From Chara braunii (lineage: Eukaryota > Plantae > Charophyceae): DNA of 64,000 bases. The position numbers were made by a program, and so were the translations under genes. Location: positions 2,231,680 through 2,295,679 of the forward strand of contig BFEA01000029.1 of NCBI GenBank assembly GCA_003427395.1, in the 5' to 3' direction. Positions 11,256 through 23,183 of the stretch are shown one piece after another. Within the stretch, counting starts at the first letter, position 1, and each line of letters opens with the position of its first letter. A model generated the notes under the pieces. It was not told where the DNA came from, did no database searches, and saw nothing but the letters and a program-made list of their open reading frames with translations.

Positions 11256-13252
11256 TTATTTCATGCTTTTCTTTGCTGCATTGCCTTTGCGCGGTGCTCC
11301 TTTCCTCTTCGACGACCCCGCTGGAGTGTCATCGCCTTTGCGTGTTGCTGCTGTCTTTTGAGACACCCCCTTCCCCGCCTGCGTTTCTCTCTCGACCTGC
11401 CTTGCAACATTCATCTGCCGTAGCTTTTCCGCTCTCTTCTGCTTGTCGATAATGCCTTCATATTTGTATTCCCAGCGAGCCTTGGCCAAGTTGTCAACCA
11501 GCCTCAGGTCCTTCAGCTGGATCGTCACCCTCTTGCAGTGGATAGCATGTTTGTTCTCTCGAAATGGTTGATGAGATATGCTTCCGCCGCTTCCAGCAAC
11601 GCACGTATGGCGTTCATCTGAAACCTGATAGATTGCCCTGGTGCGATTTCTTTCTCGACGACCTCGCGCACGACCCTCATGAACGGCCTCAAAGCGATGC
11701 ACAAGTGAGTAGATCATTGGAGTTGCCGAATTTCTGTCAATGCTGCCATCCCTGCGCGGCGCCTGCGCTTTGGAACTGGGGCAGCGGCTGCTTTTGCTTT
11801 TGTGGAACTCCCGAGTCCACGAAGCGGCCTAGATGTGCACTACTTCTTCTTCTTCTTTACCCTCTCCCTTATCTTCTCCCAACAACGTTGCGCGTGTTCC
11901 TCCAACAATCCCCCGTCCTTCACATGAGGATTGCAAACAGAGACACGTATCACCACCACCAAGAACTGCCAATGCTCCACAACGCCAGCATGCATCCAAC
12001 CCAAAGACAACCACTCACCAGATTGCATTCTTGCTGCCAGTGTCACTTTGCCATTAACAACTGCTGGATGCAAAGAACCAGGTACCCAATTGAGATGGTC
12101 CCCGTACATGTCACGGGCCATATGCTGGTACAACTGCCCTTCTTGAATCACATGGGCCGCAATGTTACTGGCTGCAACCACATCCTTCCGCATTGCCACA
12201 TGGTCTCATACGTCCATACAGATGTCATCAAATGTGGCTTCTTTCCCCCTTACGTGGACGTATGTGATGCACTTCTCACCACTAAACATCATCCCTTCAG
12301 CGAGGACCAACTCGACAGGATTGCCAAGTGGAGGCCCGAAGATGCGTGCATCGCGTGGCCGGCATGTCATCGCCTCCTTTTCGTCTGCAGTCGCTTCTCT
12401 GTCAAAATGACGAAAGGAAAACATGATGCCGTTCACGTAATGCGCGCTCTAGACATTGCCCATGATATCACGCACTTGCATCTTAACACGGCCATATCCA
12501 AATAGGATTGCAAATGGCACCCAACCCCATCTAGGATCCCTTCTTCCATCATCCTGGCTCATTGGCGTCCCCCCCCTGCGTTGCTGGTCACCCAACACCC
12601 ATAGTTGTCCGCAGTCAAAGTTGTCATATACGAAATCGTTGAGCCGCAACTCACCCTTTGCCTGTAGAACACGATACATCTCCAATGCGTATTGGCAAGC
12701 ATCGTGGGTCATTGCCCCATCATTCAACCTCAACACTCTGTCATAGATAAATGACAGACGTACGTTACGCCATGTTCCTTTCTTTGGGGCAGGAACAACA
12801 ACCCACTGGTCAGCAACCTTGAAAGCAAAGCAATGCAAACCTCCAACGATACCTGGCTGAACACGATCTGGCACCCAATTCACATCGTACGGGTATCTAT
12901 CTCCTGCCATTGTCTTTGTCACATTTGCATCTGTGACAATGCATCCACTGTGAGGACCCTCGCTGCCAACAACTTCCTCGTTTCTCTCTCCACCCACCTT
13001 CTCTATCTCAGCATTCTTCCCTCGTGCACCGCTATCGTTGTCATCCACGTCAGCAAGCATCTGCTCAGTTTCCATATGAATTGTGGCGAACACCTCTTCA
13101 CATGTAGCAGTGGCTGTGCCCCCGCCGGTGGTGTGCTGATGAACTGTCGTTTCGTTAACCTCACTTGCAGGCGAACAACCACTTAGAATGGCTTTTGTTT
13201 CCATGACGTTGGTCTCTCCAGCATTGGCGGTTGTTGCAATAGTGGGTTCCAT
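11256..13252 (-). pseudogene. Decayed ~666-aa ORF: acidic N-terminus, repeated unknown 'NWVP' domain, histone H3-like fold, basic C-terminal tail
   Basis: ORFs 12449-13252, 12206-12436 and 11840-12199 are all one frame (stops at 12449, 12206, 11840, 11714). A frameshift at ~11550 leads into the frame of ORF 11256-11717. Confidence 0.8.
11487..11773 (-). pseudogene. Histone H3 / CENH3-like histone-fold domain within the decayed ORF
   Basis: Manual translation PKRRRRAGMAALTEIRQLQ*STHLCIALRPFMRVVREVVEKEIAPGQSIRFQMNAIRALLEAAEAYLINHFERTN/(fs)HAIHCKRVTIQLKDLRLVDNL. It aligns with H3 [87 protein letters not shown]. Confidence 0.9.
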
Positions 13253-13308
13253 CTAAATATTTACACAGCACATAAGGTCGTGAGTCAACGTCGCTGACAA
13301 AATGTTTC

Positions 13309-13356
<48 letters not shown>

Positions 13357-13524
13357 TGGTTACTACGGACCAGAACGACGTTATTGAGTAGCGTTTAACC
13401 GTATTATGGCACGCAGTATTCAACCGACTCATTCGTAGGCTGAGACAGGGGTTGAATAGGCAAACCTGGCCACAAGAACATAATGACATTAAAGCAGACA
13501 CGTCATACATGTATACATATATGC

Positions 13525-13585
<61 letters not shown>

Positions 13586-14578
13586 GCTACTGCGGGCNNN
13601 NNNNNNNNNNNNNNNNNNNNNNNNNNNNNNNNNNNNNNNNNNNNNNNNNNNNNNNNNNNNNNNNNNNNNNNNNNNNNNNNNNNNNNNNNNNNNNNNNNNN
13701 NNNNNNNNNNNNNNNNNNNNNNNNNNNNNNNNNNNNNNNNNNNNNNNNNNNNNNNNNNNNNNNNNNNNNNNNNNNNNNNNNNNNNNNNNNNNNNNNNNNN
13801 NNNNNNNNNNNNNNNNNNNNNNNNNNNNNNNNNNNNNNNNNNNNNNNNNNNNNNNNNNNNNNNNNNNNNNNNNNNNNNNNNNNNNNNNNNNNNNNNNNNN
13901 NNNNNNNNNNNNNNNNNNNNNNNNNNNNNNNNNNNNNNNNNNNNNNNNNNNNNNNNNNNNNNNNNNNNNNNNNNNNNNNNNNNNNNNNNNNNNNNNNNNN
14001 NNNNNNNNNNNNNNNNNNNNNNNNNNNNNNNNNNNNNNNNNNNNNNNNNNNNNNNNNNNNNNNNNNNNNNNNNNNNNNNNNNNNNNNNNNNNNNNNNNNN
14101 NNNNNNNNNNNNNNNNNNNNNNNNNNNNNNNNNNNNNNNNNNNNNNNNNNNNNNNNNNNNNNNNNNNNNNNNNNNNNNNNNNNNNNNNNNNNNNNNNNNN
14201 NNNNNNNNNNNNNNNNNNNNNNNNNNNNNNNNNNNNNNNNNNNNNNNNNNNNNNNNNNNNNNNNNNNNNNNNNNNNNNNNNNNNNNNNNNNNNNNNNNNN
14301 NNNNNNNNNNNNNNNNNNNNNNNNNNNNNNNNNNNNNNNNNNNNNNNNNNNNNNNNNNNNNNNNNNNNNNNNNNNNNNNNNNNNNNNNNNNNNNNNNNNN
14401 NNNNNNNNNNNNNNNNNNNNNNNNNNNNNNNNNNNNNNNNNNNNNNNNNNNNNNNNNNNNNNNNNNNNNNNNNNNNNNNNNNNNNNNNNNNNNNNNNNNN
14501 NNNNNNNNNNNNNNNNNNNNNNNNNNNNNNNNNNNNNNNNNNNNNNNNNNNNNNNNNNNNNNNNNNNNNNNNNNNNNN

Positions 14579-14618
<40 letters not shown>

Positions 14619-14629
14619 AAAAAAAAAAG

Positions 14630-15800
14630 GTTGGCTACTGCGGGCCAGAACGATATTATTGAGTGACGTTTAACCCTGTTATGGCACGTGTCATTTGTCG
14701 TTTATTCGCACTTGACACGAACTGTTCAAATATTTCTGTGGTCATAGGTACTGCTGACTCTTCATTGCTTGTCAACGGTGCTTTGCTGGCGAGGACGCAA
14801 GGAAAATTGTGTCGAATTTCATGAGATTGAAAGGATTTGATATCTTTGCAGTCTAGCAACAAGTGTGTCGCTGACTCACAGATACTTCGACCTGTGTTGC
14901 TATCGCACATCCGCATATTGAGATCATCTTTCCGGCTTGCATTCGCGACATGCGCATTGTATGTTTTCATGGTTTCTACGGGGTTCGGCGTTACAGACAA
15001 TTGTCCCGATGCCAGGCGACCTATGGTGTACTGAAGAGAACATACAATATCGGCGCAGCTATTGAGCAGAGACCTGAAGTTTCCATTAAGGCCATCGCAT
15101 CCCATATGTGTACCATCGGTCTGCAGGCGATGGTTAAGAGTGTAGTGCCCTATGGTCTCCGTGCAATGACGGATGCAGTCCTCGGCGAAAGACAAGAGGT
15201 CTACAAGACTTTTCCACGAGGCTGTCAGCGGACCGCTGTTCAGTTCCTCACAATCGTAAGACGCCCACCCATCCCTGACCACACATTTGTCCGCAGAGGA
15301 ACAACATGTGACATCCCATTCACAAGCGTTTTGTGCTCTGGCACCGAATGCAGTGTCCGTGTTAAGAAGAAGGGTTTTCTGATAGCATTTAAGATCAGCA
15401 ACCATATTCTGGTACTCGTCAAACGTATCCTTCTTCTCCTTAGCTATTTTTCGGAGTTCTTTGGTCATGCCCTCCCTCAGATCCATCACAAGAGACTTCG
15501 GATCGGGCAGCAATAACCAGAATATGTTATACAATCTATGTTCCGCAATTTCTGTCATTTCCGCGAATGCAAGTTCCACACAGGCTATCTCATCTCGCGC
15601 CTGGGTGACCAACTGTTTTTGCTCGATTACTTCAGCTGTCGGTTTATCTATAACTTCTTGCTGCTTTTCAACTATCTCAGCCCAGCTCTCATCGATTAAA
15701 GTCTGTGTTTCATCTTTGCCCCCCCACGATGCATATAGATCTGGAGATCGTTCGCACTATATCTCTTCTCCTGCCTTTCGTTTGTCTCTGACTTTCCACA
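14630..15800 (-). pseudogene. Intronless ORF of unknown function (>=318 aa, helical, Cys-containing), slightly decayed
   Basis: ORF 14656-15612 extends in frame upstream to ~15800 through one stop. No family recognised. Confidence 0.5.
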
Positions 15801-15859
15801 TTATTGATATCTGGAAAAGGCGGAAAGAAAGACATACACAGAGAGATAGATAGATAGAT

Positions 15860-15941
<82 letters not shown>

Positions 15942-16718
15942 NNNNNNNNNNNNNNNNNNNNNNNNNNNNNNNNNNNNNNNNNNNNNNNNNNNNNNNNNNN
16001 NNNNNNNNNNNNNNNNNNNNNNNNNNNNNNNNNNNNNNNNNNNNNNNNNNNNNNNNNNNNNNNNNNNNNNNNNNNNNNNNNNNNNNNNNNNNNNNNNNNN
16101 NNNNNNNNNNNNNNNNNNNNNNNNNNNNNNNNNNNNNNNNNNNNNNNNNNNNNNNNNNNNNNNNNNNNNNNNNNNNNNNNNNNNNNNNNNNNNNNNNNNN
16201 NNNNNNNNNNNNNNNNNNNNNNNNNNNNNNNNNNNNNNNNNNNNNNNNNNNNNNNNNNNNNNNNNNNNNNNNNNNNNNNNNNNNNNNNNNNNNNNNNNNN
16301 NNNNNNNNNNNNNNNNNNNNNNNNNNNNNNNNNNNNNNNNNNNNNNNNNNNNNNNNNNNNNNNNNNNNNNNNNNNNNNNNNNNNNNNNNNNNNNNNNNNN
16401 NNNNNNNNNNNNNNNNNNNNNNNNNNNNNNNNNNNNNNNNNNNNNNNNNNNNNNNNNNNNNNNNNNNNNNNNNNNNNNNNNNNNNNNNNNNNNNNNNNNN
16501 NNNNNNNNNNNNNNNNNNNNNNNNNNNNNNNNNNNNNNNNNNNNNNNNNNNNNNNNNNNNNNNNNNNNNNNNNNNNNNNNNNNNNNNNNNNNNNNNNNNN
16601 NNNNNNNNNNNNNNNNNNNNNNNNNNNNNNNNNNNNNNNNNNNNNNNNNNNNNNNNNNNNNNNNNNNNNNNNNNNNNNNNNNNNNNNNNNNNNNNNNNNN
16701 NNNNNNNNNNNNNNNNNA

Positions 16719-19669
16719 GTTCAAGGACATCTTTCCTGAGTCCTTACCTGTCGGACTACCTTTGGATCGTGGCGTATCCCATACCATCGATTTGGAGCCC
16801 GGACATTCTCCACCTTGCCGCCCTCCATACCAACTCTTTGTCCCCAAAGCCGAAGAAATGAAGCGACAACTCAATGAACTCCTTGAAAAAGGGTTCATTA
16901 AGCCAAGTTCATCCCCCTTTGGAACCAGCTGCCTTTTTGTCAAAAAAGGTGGAACTTCGGAACTCCGCATGTGCACATACTATCGCGCCTTGAACCAGAT
17001 CACGGTAAAAAACAAGTACCCCCTACCTCGGATTCTGAGCTCCTTGATCGTCTCCGTGGAGCCAAGTACTTTACCAAAATCGACTTCGCAATGGCTTCCA
17101 CCAGATTCGTATCCGCGAAGAGGACACCCACAAGACCGCCTTCCGCTCTCGGTTCGGGCACTACGAGTTCCTCGTGATGCCATTCAGACTCACCAATGCC
17201 CCCGACACCTTCCAATCTACCATGAACCACATCTTCCACAACCTCCGCAAAGTCTACGTCGTCGTCTACCTTGATGACATCCTTATCTTCAGCCCCACCT
17301 TCGAGTTTCACCTTCAGCACCTCCGCCAAGTCCTCTCGATCCTCCGAGAGCAAAAATTCTACTCCAAGCTCAACAAATGTACGTTTGCCGCTTCGAGCGT
17401 CGAGTACCTCGGCCACATTGTCTTCACTGAAGGCATCCGTATGGACCCCTCGAAGATCACAGCCCTCGTCGAGTACCCCCCGCCCAAGACCCTCCTCCAA
17501 CTTTGTTCCTTCCTCGGCCGTGCCAACTATTACCGCCCATTCATTCGCAACTTTTCCGAGATCTCTTACCCTCTCCACGAACTCACCCACAAGGACGAGC
17601 CCTTTCATTAGAACGATCGCCGCCAACACGCTTTTGACTTACTCAAGCAAACCATCACCATTGCCCCTGTCCTCAAGATCGCCGATCCCACTTGCCATTT
17701 CTATGTCACTACTGATGCCTCTGACTTCGCCATTGGAGCCGTATTGTCCCAACATTTCCCCCGCGACACCGCCGAGACCCCCTCCATCAAGGACTCGCCC
17801 ACTCACCCCAAGGCTCCACCTGACGAATACCCCATCGCCTTCGCAAGCAAGAAGCTCCTTCCCGAAGAGATGAATTACCCCTCCAATAAGAAGGAACTCC
17901 TCGCGATGATTCACACCATCACAGTCTGACACCCGTACCTCGACGGACAATACTTCACCATCCGCACTGACAACACCATCGTCTCCTCCATCCTCTCCAA
18001 GAAAGATGTCACTCCACACCAAGCTCGCTGGCTAGACTTCCTTGCCCAGGTCACATTCACCATTTGCCATACCTCCAGCAAAAGCAACCGCGTTGCGGAT
18101 GCCCTCTCTCGACGACCCGACCACAAGCCCCCCGAGAAAGTCTACGCCGCCATGACTTATATCCAACTCCTCCCATCACTCCATCACCGATACACCCAAG
18201 ACTACCTCTCTTGCCCAGACTTCGCCACCATCTATAACAAGCTCCGCGATCTTGACCCAGTCCCCGACTACTCCCTTCACGACAACCTTCTCTACATCGA
18301 TACCAAAGGCACTCCCCAACTTTGCATCCCTGACGCACATGGTCTCCGTACTCAACTCTTGGCTGAGCACCACGACGCCAAGACCGCAGGACACCTCGGT
18401 TTTCAGAAAACCTTCGACACCATCTCCCGCTACTTCTACTGGCCTTCCCTGCTCGCCGACATCAAAGCATATATTCGCTCATGCCCCACGTGTCAAGTTG
18501 TCAACCCCTCGAACCGGGCCAAACCCGGCAAGCTCCAATCATTGCCCATCTCAACTCACCAGTGGCAATCCATCTCCATGGATTTCGTGTGTGGCCTCCC
18601 CAAGACCGACCGTGGGCATGATTGCACCTACGTTATTGTATGCCGCTTGACCAAACGTGCCCACTTCATCTCTTGCATGACCTCGCACAGTGCCAAAAAC
18701 GTCGCCACACTCTTCTTCGACCATGTTGCTCGCCATCACGGCCTCCCCGATAACATCATCAGTGAACGTCATCCTCGCTTCCTCTCACAATTCTGGAAAC
18801 ACCTCTTCACGGCCTACGGAACCACGCTCAAGTATAGCACAACATTTCATCCACGGACCGATGAATAAATAAAGAAGATGAACGATACTCTTCAAAAAAT
18901 CCTGCGGAAGTATTGTCATCCACACCAACACGATTGGGATCAGTTGCTCATAGCCGTCGAGATTGCCTACAACAACGCGATCTGCCCTTCCACTGGCATG
19001 TCCCCATTCTACCTCGACCTTAACTACCACCCTCGCTTGCCCTCTGACTTCTTGTTTCCTTTGCACCTTAACTCATCCACCCCCTGCTCCTCTCTCAATG
19101 AATGGGTAGCAACAATGAACAGACTCCTGAGAGAAGTCTCTGAAGCCATTGAACGAACCCAAGAACAACAAGCCAACAAGACTAACAAACTTAGACGCGA
19201 CGTGTCATTCAAAGTAGGGGACAAAGTTTGGCTCTCCGCCAAACGTTTTGAACCCGAACACGGCTTGTCAAAGAAACTCTCCAACAAATGGCTCGGTCCC
19301 TTCCCCATCATTGAACAAACCTCCCCCGTCAACTACGACAAACTCCAACTTCCCCCTAACATGAGTCGTGTCCACCCGGTCTTCCATGTCGAGTACCTAA
19401 AAGAATACCATGAATCCCTGCCCCAGTTCGTCAACCGCCCATATCCTAGACCCCCACCAATCATGTTACCCACAAACCCTTAACTTGTTGTCGAAACCAT
19501 CATAGGCCGACGAACCACTCAGGTATCTGATCATCCGGAACCAATCACTGAATACAAAGTTAAATGAACCTGATACCCCGACGAAGAATCTACATGGGAA
19601 CCTCTTTCTAATCTTAAAAACGCCATGAAACTTGTTCGGGCCTATGATCGTGTTAATCCTATGTCCTAG
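16719..19669 (+). pseudogene. Ty3/gypsy pol pseudogene: RT, RNase H, integrase, chromodomain
   Basis: RT ([32 protein letters not shown]). RNase H (TDASDFAIGAVLSQ, KELLA). Integrase zinc finger (HHDAKTAGH..CPTCQ), core (SMDFV) and GPF motif. Chromodomain VETIIGRR..EYKVK*..YPDEESTWEP. Several stops and frameshifts; 5' part lost in the gap. Confidence 0.95.
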
Positions 19670-20743
19670 ATACCTGTATAACTATGGCATAAACCGCCGC
19701 GAAACCCTCACAACCCTGCTCTACACACACCCTTGAACCCAACCACCCTCCCCTTGACCTTGATTCCTGATGTCTGATCTGCCCTTACCTTCGCCTAGCC
19801 TTGTCTCATTTGTCGTCTCCACTACCTTACCTCTTTTGTCCAATACTTGTGGATCTGCATGACGCCGACAATAAAGGATCTAATAGCAAATGCACGAGGA
19901 TGATTGCCTGTTGCCTCACTATTCATGGAGATTATGCAACTGGTTTGGCCACCATGTTGTTTCATCGGTCGGCATCCCGACTCGTAGACTTACTGGAGCA
20001 GCAACTTGCGGCATGGATACTTGCATTAGTCAACGATTTGCCTGCTTCCAGATCAGACCTCATTGCAGTTCATGTATCGGACGCACCCGAGCACTTGGAC
20101 TTTGGACATTTGGACTGCTGCTACGCTTCTTGGACTTCTACCCCTTGCAGCCACTGAAGACCGCTTCCACCACCTACTCCAAAACCGGATCAAGACCGCT
20201 GTAGATCTTCTTTCAAGACACTTGGACACTTTGTTCCCACATGAGATGTTGCTTCTTCGGACACACCAGGCCTTGCATCCATAACAAACATTTTTATTTA
20301 TTTATTTTTTTTCTCTCCGACTTTGGCAACCCTGTAGAACATCATTAGCAATACCCCGTTTTCCTGAACACTGTTTCCCTTACCCAGTAGAACATCAATA
20401 GAAGTTCCCTGTTCCATGAACTTTATTCCCCTTTGACCTATAGCAAACCATGCAATCCCCTTAGCTCATCAGTAGAACTACCCTGCTCCCTGTCGTCTCT
20501 TTAGTTAATTTGTAAGACTACCCTGTTCTCTGCAACCCCCCCTAGTTCATTAGTAGGACGACCCTGTTCACCGGTATCAAACCTTGTTCCCTCTTATTCC
20601 CGCAGCTCATGCCACCCACATTATACCCCTTTTCCCTTTCGACTTGTTAACCAGTGATCGGCTCCGTCCTGTCCTTCACAGATTTCAGCATTGCTTCATG
20701 ATTTTTGGCAGCCGGGACGTTGCCTTCTAGAGGGAGGGGATAG

Positions 20744-22207
20744 TGTTACGGACTACACCAGGGCTCGATCCCTGGTCCGCAGGACGCTACCCACAGTTCA
20801 CTGCACACATTTTCTTTTCTCGGTTTAGGGCGATTCGCCCGTTTTTGTTTTCGGAATCTTGACTTGGTTTCGGCCCACACTCGTTTTTGTGATTTCAGTC
20901 TTGGATATGGTGTGTTATTCTGAATGAATGGATGATATGTCTGTTTGTTTGCCTTATGCCTGATTCTTGCCTTTGCTTGTTGTATTGATACCTTCATGAG
21001 CATAGTAGGAAAATTCGCGAAAGCCTCACTATTGATGTCTGCCCCCCCGCCTTTTTTTTCCGATCTACCGTTGTACTGCAAATGCATAGTAGATTGCGTG
21101 TGTGTCATGGGATGATTAGATGATCGGGTAGTTGGTTGCCCAGAAACCAGCGAACACCTCGCGGGGAAGCGTGTAAGCGCGATCTGACCTGCGCACTTAC
21201 ACGTGTCCACACGCGCCGATTCGTAACCACCCGCACACATGAAAAGGGTTAACGATTGCGGGGATATTGATTGATTGGATGTGTTCAGTGGCCATTATGC
21301 AGCCACAACGAAGTGAGCGTCCCGTATGAACACGTGTAAGTGCGATCCAATTCACGCAATTTACACGTACTCACACGCGGTGATCGCAATCGTCGAATAT
21401 AGGGACCGACACGGAATTCCTGAACGCCGAGCGTGGAAAGTCTTCAGCCGAGCGACCACGCGCTAAGGAATTTTGCGGCTCCACCATGACAAGATGTCGT
21501 GCTCAAAAGACTCAGACTCGTCGTGGGATCCGGAGTACTTCACCCCTTGGATAGAAGAGTGCCTCCGACAGAGGTTCCCCTATTTAACCGAGAATCCACT
21601 GTGTCTTAGGGAGTTCCATTGTGCCACAACCAGCGATCCGCGGTGCCCCGATTTCCCCACTTATGACCACACGCACTACTTTATTTCCCCCGGTTTTGTC
21701 GTTATCTCCACTAACTTCCCTCCCTTCCGTCTTCTTCTCCCGTATCATCAACTCAAGGTCGTCCCGTGGAACGCCATGGCCACATATTGGCCCCGCACGC
21801 CCTGCGGGAATTGCCGGCGACGCGGCAACCAGAGAATCCCGGAAACCAGAGGGCCTAACCCGAATACGCGACGACAGCCGCCACGTGGCTGCCCCCAAAG
21901 GCCCGACTCACCGGGATCACAGCCCTTCCGGGCAGACCTGACCCTGAACCGCCGCCCCCAAAACAGACGAAGCGGACGGCCTTGAATAACCCGCGCATGC
22001 CATCTGCCTTATGACCGAAAGCGGTCCGTCCTCTCAAACCAAATTGCACTCGTGCCCCTGAAAAACTCTGCCACAGGAGATCCCAGTTTTGACCTGGGAC
22101 TCCACCCCCACTTTCCCAAAAATCCTTGGCACACCCCTTTTCGCACTTCCAGGCCCACATCCTACTCTGATCAGGAAGTCGCGTCGGGCGTGAGGTTGGG
22201 CGTCACA
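20744..22207 (+). repeat. 3' LTR (~1.46 kb)
   Basis: TG..CA termini with an imperfect inverted repeat (TGTTAC/GTCACA) following the PPT. The right end cannot be confirmed without the 5' LTR. Confidence 0.6.
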
Positions 22208-23137
22208 ACGAGCCCGAATCAACGACTGGTATCACAGTGATCCGGGGTGGGCGGGCATTGTCTACAGTGCTAGTGCCGAGCACAATGGCCAGTCCTGCAC
22301 CTCCCCTTCCCCCACCCACCCCACCCCACCCCGCCCCACGCCACATTGTCTCATACCACCCAACAATAATGGTCAAGGTCCTGCCAAGGCTAGCCTGCAG
22401 GAGCAACGGGCTACCAGTAGGGCTGGGGACAGGCTCAGCGTCCCTTCTGAGTTTCATAGGTGATGGTCGGCTGGGAAATAGTAGGGCTTGCCACAACGAA
22501 TAGAACTTTCTAGTGGCCCCATAAGTACACTGCTCGCCCAAGCGGCAGTTTTGTTCTAAGATTTTCAGCGAACTGATGATACCGAGGATATTTTGTCCAT
22601 CTGATGCACAGGACTCAAACTTGGTAGGCGTGCTTATTGACAGTTCCTCACCGTGTAGACACACGGGCTATAGGTGGCGTGGAAAACTTTTGCGTGGAAA
22701 ACGTTCAAGGAAAGGACTCGCGGATTGCGTGGAAAACGTTCCAGGAAAGGACTCGCGGAAATCTTTCAGCGCGGTACAAGGTTGACAGCTTGGCCTTGTG
22801 ACGGACGATACTGTGTTGACTGCTTCGCGTCACAAGGAACGATGTTTCTGGAGGGGCCATCGCGGTGCCGGTATTGACTTCGGCGCCCCCCCGAGCACGT
22901 GGTATTCCTGGAGTCATAATGAGATGCAGAGGCGCGAAGGTGAGCATACTTTTCCTCACTGAACAGGGCGAGTAATTTGCCAGGGGCCTCGGGGGAACTT
23001 CGCGGGGGAAACAAGTACGTGTTGATGACAATGTCGACTTGAACAATAGGGGTGTGGACTAGCTATCGACGTCGACAAGGAGGACACTGGACACGTACGT
23101 GTCGCGAGCGAGTGTTTCCCCGAAAGCTTTCCAAGGA

Positions 23138-23183
23138 GCGGGAAAGGTTTCGTTCCAAGTGGTGTACAAAAAAAAGCGGGAAA
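23138..23183 (-). promoter_or_regulatory. Two E2F consensus sites (TTTCCCGC) just upstream of the SGT1 ATG
   Basis: GCGGGAAA at 23138-23145 and 23176-23183. Motif match only. Confidence 0.3.

Larger units (their letters stand above)
16719..22207 (+). mobile_element. Chromovirus-type LTR retrotransposon (3' portion with PPT and 3' LTR)
   Basis: pol as above. Polypurine tract agagggagggga (~20729-20740) just before TGTTACG at 20744. Probable LTR end GTCACA at 22207. Confidence 0.8.

Noticed and set aside
11256-11717. XPA C-terminal-like reading of the track ORF
   Set aside because: The N-terminal half of that ORF is the wrong frame; the repaired frame is clearly a histone H3 fold.
11564-12505. 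313-aa + strand ORF
   Set aside because: Antisense shadow of the minus-strand H3-fusion ORF; no recognisable protein features.
13530-14650. Apparent duplication (GA)n-ttggctactgcgggc on both sides of a gap
   Set aside because: Most likely overlapping contig ends around the gap rather than biology.
22227-22238. TGGTATCACAG PBS-like motif after the 3' LTR
   Set aside because: Mismatched, ~20 bp from the LTR end, and no internal region follows.
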